A stretch of DNA of 64,000 bases. Origin: a virus. The translations under genes and the position numbers were made by a program. Where the stretch lies: IMG/VR virus record IMGVR_UViG_3300028581_000013; one strand, written 5' to 3'. Every line of letters begins with the position of its first letter. The first letter of the stretch is position 1. Shown one piece after another: positions 1 to 10,134 of this stretch. Under the pieces are notes generated by a model. The model was not told the DNA's origin, did no database searches, and saw only the letters and a program-made list of their open reading frames with translations.

Positions 1-2
1 CA

Positions 3-1424
3 GCAGACGATAAATCTACTGGTGTCATGCCTCACCTCAAAATCTATGACGCCAGTTCTTTGGCATACAGGCAAGGTCGCACTCGCAGGGGCAGTTATGC
101 TGCTTACCTCAATATCTCTCATCCAGATATTATCTCTTTCTTAGAGATGCGCAAGCCGACAGGCGATCCCAATGTTCGTTGTTTAAATCTACATCACGGT
201 ATTAATATCACCGATGACTTCATGCACATCATTGAAACGTGTATGTTGGATCCTGAAGCAAAAGATGATTGGGAATTAAAAGATCCACATTCAGGTGAAG
301 TAAGAGAAGTTGTATCTGCAAAAGAACTTTGGCAGAAAATTCTAGAGCTTCGCATGATGACAGGTGAACCATATATTCACTATATCGATACAAGCAATCG
401 TGAGATGCCACAATTTCTCAAAGACAAAGGTTTAAAAATTCATCAATCAAATCTTTGCTCTGAAATTATTCTGCCTACAAATGAAGAGCGAACAGCTGTA
501 TGTTGTTTATCTTCTTTAAACTTGGAGAACTATGATGAATGGAAGTCTGAACCATTATTTCTTAAAGACGTTGCCGAAATGCTTGATAACGTCCTCAATT
601 ACTTCATCGCTAATGCTCCTAATGCTATTGCTCGTGCAAAGTTTAGTGCCGAGCGAGAGCGCTCTATTGGCATCGGTGCTCTTGGGTTCCATGCTTATCT
701 ACAGCGCAATGGCATTGCTTTTGAAGGAGTAATGGCCAAAGTTACAAACAACAAAATATTTAAACATATTAGAGAAGGATTAAATAATGCAAATCTTGAA
801 TTGGGTACAGAACGTGGCTCTCCTCCTGATTGTGTTGGCACCGGTCTACGGTTCTCTCATGTTATGGCTATTGCCCCAAATGCTTCTAGCTCCATTATTA
901 TGGGCAACACCAGTCCTTCTGTTGAGCCATATCGTGCTAATGCTTACAGACAAGACACCTTATCAGGATCATATCTAAACAAGAATCGTTGGTTAAATGA
1001 ATTGATTATTAAACTATCGCAGGATAAACCAGAAAATTGGTATAATGATGTTTGGTCGTCTATTATTGCTAATGATGGTTCTGTTCAACATTTAGAATGG
1101 ATGTCTGACCACGATAAAGATGTATTCAAAACATCCATGGAAATTGACCAGAGATGGGTAATTGAATTGGCTTCTGATAGACAACAATATATCGACCAAG
1201 CACAGTCACTTAATTTGTTTTTTAGACCAGATGTTAATTTGAAGTATCTCCATGCTTGTCATTTTCTTGCATGGAAAAAAGGATTGAAAACTTTATACTA
1301 TTGTCGTTCTGAGAAAATTGGTAAGGCGGACAAAGTTGCCAAAAAGATTGAAAGAGAAGTGATTAAAGAATTAGATATGAGCGCTATTGCTCAAGGCAAC
1401 GAATGTTTAGCTTGCGAAGGTTAA
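3..1424 (+). CDS. nrdA: Ribonucleotide reductase class Ia alpha subunit (5' truncated by window edge)
   Basis: SNLCSEI, VCCLSSLN, AIAPNASSS and KTLYY motifs, C-terminal CxxC (ECLACEG); frame stays open upstream of the ATG at 27. Confidence 0.97.
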   Translation, partial: ADDKSTGVMPHLKIYDASSLAYRQGRTRRGSYAAYLNISHPDIISFLEMRKPTGDPNVRCLNLHHGINITDDFMHIIETCMLDPEAKDDWELKDPHSGEVREVVSAKELWQKILELRMMTGEPYIHYIDTSNREMPQFLKDKGLKIHQSNLCSEIILPTNEERTAVCCLSSLNLENYDEWKSEPLFLKDVAEMLDNVLNYFIANAPNAIARAKFSAERERSIGIGALGFHAYLQRNGIAFEGVMAKVTNNKIFKHIREGLNNANLELGTERGSPPDCVGTGLRFSHVMAIAPNASSSIIMGNTSPSVEPYRANAYRQDTLSGSYLNKNRWLNELIIKLSQDKPENWYNDVWSSIIANDGSVQHLEWMSDHDKDVFKTSMEIDQRWVIELASDRQQYIDQAQSLNLFFRPDVNLKYLHACHFLAWKKGLKTLYYCRSEKIGKADKVAKKIEREVIKELDMSAIAQGNECLACEG

Positions 1425-1442
1425 TTTTAAAGGAAAACAATA

Positions 1443-2429
1443 ATGACAAAAAAAGTAGAATCGAATCTATCGGAAGAGCGCAACTATTTCAAACCTTTCA
1501 ACTATCCTTGGGCTTATGAAGCTTGGTTGAAACATGAGCAATCCCATTGGTTACACACCGAAGTTCCTATGTCCGAAGATGTGAAAGATTGGAAGAAAAA
1601 ATTAACTAAAGAAGAAAAAACATTTCTAACACAAATCTTCCGTTTCTTTACACAAGGTGATATTGATGTGGCTGGTGGTTATGTTAAGAACTATCTGCCA
1701 TATTTTCCACAACCTGAAGTTCGTATGATGCTAACAGGATTCGCTGCCAGAGAGGCGTTACACATTGCAGCCTACTCACACCTGATTGAAACACTAGGTC
1801 TACCTGAAACCACTTACAATGAGTTCCTAGAGTATGAGGCGATGAGAGAGAAACATGATTATGTTATGGACATCTCTAGTAAGAATACCACCAGAGAGAA
1901 TACCGCCACACATATTGCCGTGTTCTCAGCCTTTACCGAAGGTATGCAATTATTCAGTTCATTCATTATGTTATTGAATTTTGCTCGTCATGGTAAAATG
2001 AAAGGTATGGGACAGATTATTACATGGTCAATTGTTGATGAAACACAACACGCAGAGTCCATGATTAAATTGTTCAGAACATACATAGAAGAAAATCGTG
2101 AGATTTGGAATGATGATCTCAAAGGTAAAATCTACACGATTGCTGAAAGAATGGTTCAACTAGAAGATAAATTTATTGACCTTGCATTTGGTGTAAATCA
2201 AATGGAAGGACTATCTTCTGAAGATGTTAAGAAGTATATTCGTTATATTGCAGACCGCCGCCTAATTTCTTTAGGACTTAAAGGTGTGTTTAAAGTGAAA
2301 AAGAATCCTCTACCATGGGTAGAAGAAATGATTAACGCACCAACACACACTAATTTCTTTGAAAATCGTGCTACTGATTATGCAAAAGGAGCTTTATCAG
2401 GAAATTGGGGCGATGTGTGGGCTCATTAA
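1443..2429 (+). CDS. nrdB: Ribonucleotide reductase beta subunit
   Basis: FFTQGD, EALH..YS, DETQH diiron motifs, NFFE tail; follows nrdA. Confidence 0.97.
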   Translation: MTKKVESNLSEERNYFKPFNYPWAYEAWLKHEQSHWLHTEVPMSEDVKDWKKKLTKEEKTFLTQIFRFFTQGDIDVAGGYVKNYLPYFPQPEVRMMLTGFAAREALHIAAYSHLIETLGLPETTYNEFLEYEAMREKHDYVMDISSKNTTRENTATHIAVFSAFTEGMQLFSSFIMLLNFARHGKMKGMGQIITWSIVDETQHAESMIKLFRTYIEENREIWNDDLKGKIYTIAERMVQLEDKFIDLAFGVNQMEGLSSEDVKKYIRYIADRRLISLGLKGVFKVKKNPLPWVEEMINAPTHTNFFENRATDYAKGALSGNWGDVWAH

Positions 2430-2438
2430 GGAATTTAA

Positions 2439-2627
2439 ATGACAAATAAATCATTATCAGGTGAATGCCTGAGTTGTGAATCAACATATTCAGTATCATA
2501 TATGGAAGAAATGGTCTCACAAGAATTACCAGAACATTGTCCGTTTTGTGGTGAACAAATCGAAGAATTATCCGAGGACTATATAGAGGATGATGACGAT
2601 GATTTGGATACTAAGGAATGGGACTAA
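2439..2627 (+). CDS. Small zinc-ribbon protein with acidic tail
   Basis: CLSC...CPFCG followed by EELSEDYIEDDDDD. Confidence 0.75.
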   Translation: MTNKSLSGECLSCESTYSVSYMEEMVSQELPEHCPFCGEQIEELSEDYIEDDDDDLDTKEWD

Positions 2628-3064
2628 ACTGGCAATATGATGGTAAAGATTTTACGGAAGACTTGATTGGTGATAATTACGGGTTCGTATATCAGATAAC
2701 CAATCTAACGAATGGGAAAAAATACATAGGCAAGAAATTCTTTTATTCTGCCAAAACCAAACAAGTCAAAGGTAAAAAAAAACGGTATAAAGCCAGTTCA
2801 GATTGGCAAACTTACTATGGAAGTAGTGACATCTTAAAGCAAGATGTGTTACAATTAGGACATGAAAAATTTGTCCGTGAAATTTTACACCTCTGCCACT
2901 CTAAAGGAATGTGTTCTTATTTGGAAGCAAAAGAACAATTCACCAGAAGTGTGTTAGAAGGTGACGAATATTATAACACATGGATAATGGTAAGAGTTAG
3001 AAAAGCCCATATTAAGGAAAAAAATGCTAGATTACCTACAACCACTAAAAGAGAGAAAACTTGA
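2618..3064 (+). CDS. GIY-YIG endonuclease (Seg/EndoII-like)
   Basis: GFVYQITNLTNGKKYIGKK, YYGSS, YYN motifs. Confidence 0.85.
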   Translation: MGLNWQYDGKDFTEDLIGDNYGFVYQITNLTNGKKYIGKKFFYSAKTKQVKGKKKRYKASSDWQTYYGSSDILKQDVLQLGHEKFVREILHLCHSKGMCSYLEAKEQFTRSVLEGDEYYNTWIMVRVRKAHIKEKNARLPTTTKREKT

Positions 3065-3371
3065 CTTCTTCACATTCTTAGCTGGAGATGAAGAAGGACA
3101 AATCGATATTATGAGTTCTGAATATGCAACTCCAGGAGAAAGAGTAGGCGGTAATTCTCTTGGTGATATGTATCACATTGTACTATTCCGTGATAGTGAA
3201 GAAAATCCAGAGGAGTATGACAATGTTGATGATTTCGAGGCTATTCTTGCCTGTCCTTTAGAGTATGCTTCTGGACTAATACCAGGTGGTTTTTATGGTA
3301 TTATTGCCAGAAAGACTACCACATCACAAAAATTAGTTAACAAACTTCTTGCCTTAATGAAAAAAAAGTGA
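3024..3371 (+). CDS. Hypothetical protein
   Basis: ORF with AAGGA RBS, packed in operon. Confidence 0.7.
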   Translation: MLDYLQPLKERKLDFFTFLAGDEEGQIDIMSSEYATPGERVGGNSLGDMYHIVLFRDSEENPEEYDNVDDFEAILACPLEYASGLIPGGFYGIIARKTTTSQKLVNKLLALMKKK

Positions 3372-3377
3372 TATAAT
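3349..3377 (+). promoter_or_regulatory. sigma70-type promoter upstream of RNase H
   Basis: TTGCCT-17-TATAAT with extended TG. Confidence 0.7.
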
Positions 3378-3404
3378 ATAATTTTGAAACTGTGAAAGTT
3401 TGTT

Positions 3405-4247
3405 ATGATTCTCGTTGATTTAAATCAAGTATTGTTGGCCGGCCTCATGGCTCAGATTGCCAACCACAAAGGTAAATTAGATGAAAACCTAATTCGCCAT
3501 ATGGTGTTAAACATCATTCGTAATCACATAAAGAATTTTAGAAATGAGTATGGTGAATTTGTTCTATGTTGTGATAATCGTAAGTATTGGCGTAAAGAAT
3601 ATTTCCCGTTTTACAAAGCCTCTCGTAAAAAGAATCGTGAGAAATCGGATTTAGATTGGCACATGATTTTTGATATTCTTGCCAAACTAAAGCAAGAACT
3701 CAAAGAAAACTTTCCATATAAAGTAATTGATGTGGAAGGTGCCGAAGCTGATGATATTATTGGCACACTGGTACCGATTTACTCAGCCCACGAAAAGATT
3801 TTGATATTATCAAGTGATGGTGATTTTCTTCAATTGCAAGCTTATGGTGCAAACGTCAAACAATATAATCCGTCACAAAAGAAATTTGTAAAGTCTGAAA
3901 ATCCCAAATTAGAACTTAAAGAAAAGATTATTCGTGGTGATAAAGGTGATGGTATTCCAAATATGTTTTCACCATCTGATTGCTTTGTCCGTGATTTACG
4001 CCAGAAACCAATTACACAAAAAACATTAGATAAGTATTTGAATGAAGATGTCAAAAACTTTTCATATGATGAAACCGTTAATTTTGGTAGAAACCAGACA
4101 TTAATTGATTTGACCTTTATTCCACAAGACATCAAAGAAAAAATTATAAATACCTATGAGGAAACAAAACCTGCTAAAGGTAAGTTACTTAATTATTTTA
4201 TTGAACACAAACTTAAAAATCTAATGGAAGTAATAGAGGAATTCTGA
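3405..4247 (+). CDS. rnh: T4-like RNase H (5'-3' exonuclease)
   Basis: MILVDLNQ, YWRK..FPFYKASR, EADDIIG, SSDGDFLQL, GDKGDGIPN. Confidence 0.95.
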   Translation: MILVDLNQVLLAGLMAQIANHKGKLDENLIRHMVLNIIRNHIKNFRNEYGEFVLCCDNRKYWRKEYFPFYKASRKKNREKSDLDWHMIFDILAKLKQELKENFPYKVIDVEGAEADDIIGTLVPIYSAHEKILILSSDGDFLQLQAYGANVKQYNPSQKKFVKSENPKLELKEKIIRGDKGDGIPNMFSPSDCFVRDLRQKPITQKTLDKYLNEDVKNFSYDETVNFGRNQTLIDLTFIPQDIKEKIINTYEETKPAKGKLLNYFIEHKLKNLMEVIEEF

Positions 4248-4669
4248 TGAAAAACTTATATGAAGTATTTGATGAATTTGAAATGGCTTCAACCAAAAAA
4301 GAAAAATTAGCAGTAATTGAGAAGAATCTGTCAAAGACATTGGTACAGGTATTTGAACTGGCTTATCATCCAAACTATCAATGGTTGATAACAGAAATGC
4401 CAGTAGAATATAAAATTCCAGATACTTTACCTGGAATCTCAAGGTGTCAGTTATCCACAGAAATTCGCAAATTGTATTTGTTTAGAAAAGGTGATTCTAC
4501 CGCTGAAAAATTGACGGCTCAAAAGAGAAAGCAATTGTTATTGCAATTAATTGAATCTCTCGAACCCCGTGAAGCTGAAGTCGTTATTGGTATATTAAGT
4601 AAAGATTTAGGTGTTAAAGGTTTAAATTACAAATTTATTAAAGAAGCTTTCCCACAACTTTTACCATAA
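4247..4669 (+). CDS. Conserved T4-like hypothetical protein
   Basis: LLQLIESLEPREAE motif typical of the gene after rnh in T4-like phages. Confidence 0.75.
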   Translation: MKNLYEVFDEFEMASTKKEKLAVIEKNLSKTLVQVFELAYHPNYQWLITEMPVEYKIPDTLPGISRCQLSTEIRKLYLFRKGDSTAEKLTAQKRKQLLLQLIESLEPREAEVVIGILSKDLGVKGLNYKFIKEAFPQLLP

Positions 4670-5040
4670 TGCACTCGCAAGACAGAATTATAGTAGTATC
4701 AGGAAAATTTGACCCATTAACAAATCACGAATTAAGTTTCTTACAGAAATGTAGGAGAAAAGGTGATTGGTTGGCTGTCGGCATACATTCTGATTGGTAT
4801 CTTGCTTGGTGTGACGGTGGGTTTGTTCAGAACTATGAATCTCGTAGGAATATCATAAAAGGTTTAAAAATAGTTGATGAGGTCTTTTCATTCAACGATT
4901 CCGATGGCACCGTCTGCCAATTACTCAAAATAATAAAATCTTGTTATCCTGGTGCAAATATAACCTATATTTCAGAGGATAATATGTTTAATATGCCTGA
5001 AACAAAAATAAAAGGCATCAATTTTGAAACTATAAAATAG
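4669..5040 (+). CDS. Cytidylyltransferase-like protein with degenerate HxGH motif
   Basis: VSGKFDPL, GDWLAVGIHSD, R..II..LKIVDEV.FNDSDGT. Confidence 0.8.
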   Translation: MHSQDRIIVVSGKFDPLTNHELSFLQKCRRKGDWLAVGIHSDWYLAWCDGGFVQNYESRRNIIKGLKIVDEVFSFNDSDGTVCQLLKIIKSCYPGANITYISEDNMFNMPETKIKGINFETIK

Positions 5041-5049
5041 GAGAACCAA

Positions 5050-5232
5050 GTGACAAAATTTGTAGGTAAATTTCGTAAAAATAAAGACTATAACGATGAC
5101 TACAATTACGCCAAAACAGTATTACACAGTAAAAGACGTAGAGGCGAACATCCAGAAGTAAAAAAACAAATGAAACATTGGCAAACTGAAGATTACGAAG
5201 AATTAGAAATTTCACATAGTAAGAATTCTTAA
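5050..5232 (+). CDS. Hypothetical basic protein
   Basis: AGGAG RBS and GTG start. Confidence 0.65.
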   Translation: MTKFVGKFRKNKDYNDDYNYAKTVLHSKRRRGEHPEVKKQMKHWQTEDYEELEISHSKNS

Positions 5233-5306
5233 AAATACCACTACTTTTTGTTTTTTTTAGTATAAGTAAGTATGCTGCCGTTTCAAGTAAAAGGTATTGG
5301 TATTAA

Positions 5307-5359
5307 TGTTGTTTTGAAACAACATATCTATTGACTTTCCTTTATTTCCGTAGTATAAT
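5307..5359 (+). promoter_or_regulatory. Palindrome operator plus sigma70 promoter (copy 1)
   Basis: TGTTGTTTTGAAACAACA 5307-5324; TTGACT-17-TATAAT. Confidence 0.85.
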
Positions 5360-5384
5360 GGTTCTTCTACACTGGAGAATTGTT

Positions 5385-5729
5385 ATGATGATTTATGGAT
5401 ATATTCCAAAAAGCAAAAAACGGAAAATTTCAAAAACAAAAAAACTTCAACACGAAGAATGGTTACTATCCATTAATTCGATGTCTACCAATTTCAGTAA
5501 AACAAAATCCAAGAATATTTCGACAGGTGTTCCTTTACCTAAGATTCCGGCAGGTCGTGAAACTCCCCACTTTGCGTCCTTAGATACTGGTTTTATCGCT
5601 TTGACAAAACCTGTTCCAAATTCATACACCGGCAACAAAATGAAAGGCATTGCTACAATGCACAAATCAAATGCTGTGCCGGTTTTCACGGATACTGAAG
5701 CAAAAGAAATTTCCAGCATGCGGAGATAG
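5385..5729 (+). CDS. Conserved phage hypothetical protein
   Basis: GIATMHKSNAVPVF motif; start moved to the ATG behind the GGAG RBS and promoter. Confidence 0.75.
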   Translation: MMIYGYIPKSKKRKISKTKKLQHEEWLLSINSMSTNFSKTKSKNISTGVPLPKIPAGRETPHFASLDTGFIALTKPVPNSYTGNKMKGIATMHKSNAVPVFTDTEAKEISSMRR

Positions 5730-6217
5730 TAAAAATGAATCCAAAAGGATGGAATGATGAAGATTGGGACGATTATGAGGAATACTTGCAAAATTTGTCT
5801 GCCAAAGAGCTTGAAATTGAGTTAAAATTGCTTCATTCGCTCGGTAAAGCGAAAAAAGAAGGCAAAAATATTGTTCCTAATGAAACTTTTTATAAAATGT
5901 GAGGTGAGTATGTTACAACAATGGGAAGAAACGCAAATATATAGAGGAATTGACGAAATTATGCATAATTTGCGTCATATACCAGCTGATGATGTTGCTT
6001 ATTTCTTGGTAAAGTTCAATCCGAATCTTGCCGAAGAGCTTGCAACTGCAATTGAGCAGCGAATTTTTGATAAAAACGAAGGAAAAAGGCATGAATGAGA
6101 GTCCTGAAAATATTTGGTTGTCGGCAATCGCAGATGACGATGAAATTCCTGCGTGGAAACGCTTGGATATCGTAACTCGCAAGTGGGCTGTTTTATCTGG
6201 AATGGAAAAAGACTTAA

Positions 6218-6424
6218 ATGACTACCAAAAACGCAAAGAATTTTACCAATAAAACATATTTGACCAAAATCGTTGATGTAAACGATGGTACGGGTGATGG
6301 TATTCTAATTCTTCCTGAAGAAATCGTAAAATACAATCATTGGAAAGAAGGTCAAGCAATTGAAATGGAATATAGAGAAGGAAAACTCTACCTAAAAGCC
6401 TTATCGGATCATAGCGTTGTATAA
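6218..6424 (+). CDS. AbrB/MazE-like swapped-hairpin protein
   Basis: GDGILILPEEIV...WKEGQAIE pattern. Confidence 0.6.
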   Translation: MTTKNAKNFTNKTYLTKIVDVNDGTGDGILILPEEIVKYNHWKEGQAIEMEYREGKLYLKALSDHSVV

Positions 6425-6477
6425 AAACAACAGCATGAAAGTTGCCGCTTGACGGTAGATGATTTTTATGAGATAAT
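6415..6477 (+). promoter_or_regulatory. Palindrome operator plus sigma70 promoter (copy 2)
   Basis: CGTTGTATAAAAACAACA 6415-6432; TTGACG-17-GATAAT. Confidence 0.75.
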
Positions 6478-6500
6478 ACTATTATTAACTCGGAGAATCT

Positions 6501-8624
6501 ATGGAACTAATTCAATCTAAATCGTTACTTGCCAAACTAATGGCAAATGAAAATCTGACAATCGAACAGCGCAATACAAACACGGCTGCATTTGATGTAA
6601 AAAACCGTGTGTTGACTGTACCTATTCTTGACAAGAATATCTCTGGTTATCTCTATGACCTTTTTCTAGGTCATGAAGTAGGCCACGCACTATACACTCC
6701 CCTAGACGGCATGATGAAAGCACACAAAGAAAAAATACCAATGGGTATTATGAATGTGCTAGAAGATTCTCGTATCGAAAGAAAAATCAAAAACAAATAT
6801 CCCGGTATTCGTTCCTCTTTTGTCCGTGGCTATCGTGAATTAATTGAAAAAGATTTCTTTGGTACAAATGGTACGGATCTCAATGATATGAATTTTATTG
6901 ACCGTGTTAACCTTTATACAAAAGGTGGTGCTACACAAGGCATTCGTTTTACTGATGTTGAGAAGTCGTTAATTCATCGCATTGAAAATACCGAAACATA
7001 TGATGATGTGATTACATTAGCTTATGATGTTATGGCTTATATGAAAGAAGAATCCGAAGAGCGTAAAGCAAATGCACCAGAAGAATTAGAAGAAGATCCT
7101 GATGGTGAATTTGAATCTGAAGGTTATGAAGATTCTGATGACTATGACTACGGAGATGAGGATGATACCATCGAAAAATATGGCCAGCCAAAGTCTGAAG
7201 CCGATGAATCAATGAATGAAATTGAAGATGAATACAAACAACAAAGAATTGGCCATGATGGCGGAGATACCACTGGTCAAGAATTCGATTCTTTGACTGA
7301 TAAATCATATCGTCAAAACGAAAGTAAATTATTTGAATTGAGCAATAAACATTATTACTATGGTAACATCAATGATATTGATTTGAAACGAGCTGTTATT
7401 CCATATAAACAGTTATGGACAGAATACAAAAATGATATGAGTAAATATGATATCGGTTATTCCGGTATCGACACAACTGCTTTTATGAAAATCCGTAATG
7501 ATGCCAAGAAAGTTGTTGGTTATTTGGCCAAAGAATTTGAATTGCGTAAAAATGCTGACCAGCAGAAACGTGCATCGATTTCCAAAACTGGTGAATTGAA
7601 CATGAACAAAGTTTATGCGTATAAATTTACCGAAGATATTTTTAAACGTATGACAGTTTTGCCTGAAGGTAAATCACATGGTCTCATTATGTTCCTTGAT
7701 TGGTCTGGTTCTATGTCTGACCACATGAAGAACACATTCAAACAATTAATCAATCTGGTAATGTTCTGTAAGAAAGTAAATATTCCCTATGAGGTATATG
7801 CTTTCACATCCGAACATAGTGATAAGTATAGTGTTGATTTTAAAGTGGGTGATTTAGACTTACATGGTTTTAAATTAATGAATTTGTTATCGAGCAAAAT
7901 GTCGGCTTCTGAGTTTACTTACGCCTGTTCCGCTTTAGTACATTGTTCTGAACCTCGTGCCGTTCGGCCGCACTGGATGCATCTTGGTGGCACACCACTA
8001 TATGAATCCGTGATTGCTGCTATGAAGATTATACCTGAATTTCAGAAAAACTATAAATTGCAAATCGTCAACACAGTATTTCTAACCGATGGCGAAGGCA
8101 ATCCAGTAAGAAGTGTATATTTTACAAACGACAAAGGTTTGCGTGCATCTGGTTACAATAATCCAGATTTAGATTTAGGTGGCGCATATGGTAAAGAGAA
8201 GGTCTTTGTGATTCGTGATCCAATTACTAAAAACGAAGAAAAGATTTATCAACCATATGGTCCAGAATTAATGAGTGCCTACATTAAATTATTAAAAGCA
8301 AGAACACAATGTAACGTGATTGGTTTCTATGTATTATCTGGCCGTGAGTTTGGTCGTGTGGCTCACACATTCTACCCTAGAGTTAGTGACCATATGAAAC
8401 TAAAAGCTGAGTTTCGTAAAGAGAAATATAAAATTGTTACCAATGCTGGTTTTGATGAATATTATTTGCTTCGTTCAGAAGGACTAGATACTGATGATGA
8501 TACTGAATTTCATGTCAGAGAAAATGCCACCACTCGTGGTCTAGTATCGGCATTTAGTAAGTATGCTGGTAATCGATTGTCAAATCGTGTTGTATTAAAT
8601 CGATTCATCGGACTGATTGCATGA
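6501..8624 (+). CDS. Metallopeptidase-like/vWA protein (CobT-like partner of MoxR AAA+)
   Basis: HEVGHALYT (HExxH), NVLEDSRIE, acidic linker, MIDAS DWSGSM, GGTPL, FLTDGE. Confidence 0.88.
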   Translation: MELIQSKSLLAKLMANENLTIEQRNTNTAAFDVKNRVLTVPILDKNISGYLYDLFLGHEVGHALYTPLDGMMKAHKEKIPMGIMNVLEDSRIERKIKNKYPGIRSSFVRGYRELIEKDFFGTNGTDLNDMNFIDRVNLYTKGGATQGIRFTDVEKSLIHRIENTETYDDVITLAYDVMAYMKEESEERKANAPEELEEDPDGEFESEGYEDSDDYDYGDEDDTIEKYGQPKSEADESMNEIEDEYKQQRIGHDGGDTTGQEFDSLTDKSYRQNESKLFELSNKHYYYGNINDIDLKRAVIPYKQLWTEYKNDMSKYDIGYSGIDTTAFMKIRNDAKKVVGYLAKEFELRKNADQQKRASISKTGELNMNKVYAYKFTEDIFKRMTVLPEGKSHGLIMFLDWSGSMSDHMKNTFKQLINLVMFCKKVNIPYEVYAFTSEHSDKYSVDFKVGDLDLHGFKLMNLLSSKMSASEFTYACSALVHCSEPRAVRPHWMHLGGTPLYESVIAAMKIIPEFQKNYKLQIVNTVFLTDGEGNPVRSVYFTNDKGLRASGYNNPDLDLGGAYGKEKVFVIRDPITKNEEKIYQPYGPELMSAYIKLLKARTQCNVIGFYVLSGREFGRVAHTFYPRVSDHMKLKAEFRKEKYKIVTNAGFDEYYLLRSEGLDTDDDTEFHVRENATTRGLVSAFSKYAGNRLSNRVVLNRFIGLIA

Positions 8625-8817
8625 TTCAAATAAAAGAGATTGCATCGTTTTCCGGTGAAGAAGGTAATCTAAAAGCTACCGTCTATCACGATCAGAAATA
8701 TGAAAAGCCTTATGTCGTAAAGTATAATATCTGTGATGAATATAATGCAGAATTATATTATGACAATGAGAATGATGCAATCGAATCAGCAAAGCAATTT
8801 ACATTATAAGGATAAAA

Positions 8818-9030
8818 ATGGAATTATCTAAATTTATGAATGGCGATAAGAAAGCCATTGTAGAAAGGTCTGAGTATAATTACACTATTGTTTATTATCT
8901 AAACGAAAAGATAATTAAAAAAGAAGTAACAGCTGATTATCAGAAAGCAGAAGATATGGCAGAAGATTATGTTTTGGCTGAAGAAAAAAAAGGACCAAGC
9001 TTTTTAGTGGAGAAATGGAACGATGTCTAA
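8818..9030 (+). CDS. Hypothetical protein
   Basis: RBS AAGGA, in operon. Confidence 0.6.
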   Translation: MELSKFMNGDKKAIVERSEYNYTIVYYLNEKIIKKEVTADYQKAEDMAEDYVLAEEKKGPSFLVEKWNDV

Positions 9031-9286
9031 TATGATTGCTGAAGATGATTTTAATCCTAAGAAAATTGCCGATGAGATGATCAAACGATGCCTCAATGCA
9101 AAAGAGTGGCACATAAAGTGTTATGTGCAAGAAGAATGGTTTATTAATGGTGTTGTACCATTTACAATCAATATGAAAGATGGTTTATATACTTGTAAAG
9201 TAATTGCTCCGACCAGAGAGTCAGCACTTAAAAAAGTAGAAGAATATATGCCTGTGATTAAATTTGTAGAAGATGATGGAAAATAA
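9023..9286 (+). CDS. Hypothetical protein
   Basis: Overlapping operon packing. Confidence 0.6.
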   Translation: MSNMIAEDDFNPKKIADEMIKRCLNAKEWHIKCYVQEEWFINGVVPFTINMKDGLYTCKVIAPTRESALKKVEEYMPVIKFVEDDGK

Positions 9287-9560
9287 AACAAAAGAAACAT
9301 TAATTATATTACAAGAAGAATGTGCAGAAGTAATCCAAGCAACCTCTAAGATATTTCGATTCGGTTTTGAATCGTGTTATCCCACAGAAGATTCGGCAAC
9401 AACCAAAGAATGCCTGACTATGGAGTTAGGTCAACTATTGTGTATGATTGGTTTATTGGTTGAACAAAAGGTAATCAATGAACATGATATGTTGACTGCC
9501 ATGGAAGCCAAGAAAATAAAACTAGAAAAATGGTCGAGTATATTTAAAGATGCATCCTGA
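9273..9560 (+). CDS. MazG-like nucleotide pyrophosphohydrolase
   Basis: ILQEECAEVIQATSKIFRFG...ELGQL. Confidence 0.75.
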   Translation: MMENKTKETLIILQEECAEVIQATSKIFRFGFESCYPTEDSATTKECLTMELGQLLCMIGLLVEQKVINEHDMLTAMEAKKIKLEKWSSIFKDAS

Positions 9561-9873
9561 CGAACTACTGAAATTTCTAAAACACCTTTTGGTTTGGACA
9601 CCACAAGGTAGCTATACACGAAATCAAATACAAAATATGATTAATCAGCTGAAGGCACAGAGGCAATAAACATATATAGAGGTATGCTAGAATACCTCAA
9701 ACTTTGCCTCTTTATTGTTGCCATAACAATGGCATATGCTTTTGTACAGCATGATGATTACCATAAAAAGTTTGACAAACCTATTGCTATCGAGTATAAT
9801 TGTAGTATGTTAAATTATGAAACACCAAAAGACGTAGTTGATTTATGTAACGATACCAAGAGGAGATTTGTAA

Positions 9874-10134
9874 TTGTTAAGACCTATTAAAAATAATGTA
9901 ATTATTGAGTTGATTGAAAAAGAAAAGATTACCGGTTCTGGCATTCTTCTTTCATCTGCCGATCCAGTAGAAGCCAATAAAGGTAAAGTAGTATCATTAG
10001 GACCTGATGTAGAAATGGTCAAAGAAGGTGATATGATATTACCTAATTGGAATGCCGCACGCAAAACCAAATACGATGGTATAGACTACTATATCGTTTC
10101 TGAGGACGAAATCGTTTTAATCTTTGGAGAATAA
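9874..10134 (+). CDS. groES: Co-chaperonin GroES
   Basis: LRPIKNNVII, TGSGILL, GKVVSLGP, VKEGD, EDEI. Confidence 0.9.
   Translation: MLRPIKNNVIIELIEKEKITGSGILLSSADPVEANKGKVVSLGPDVEMVKEGDMILPNWNAARKTKYDGIDYYIVSEDEIVLIFGE

Noticed and set aside
2618-3064. GIY-YIG gene as a mobile intron or homing element
   Set aside because: nrdA and nrdB are uninterrupted, there is no intron core, and the protein has no extra DNA-binding domain; it looks like a resident nuclease.
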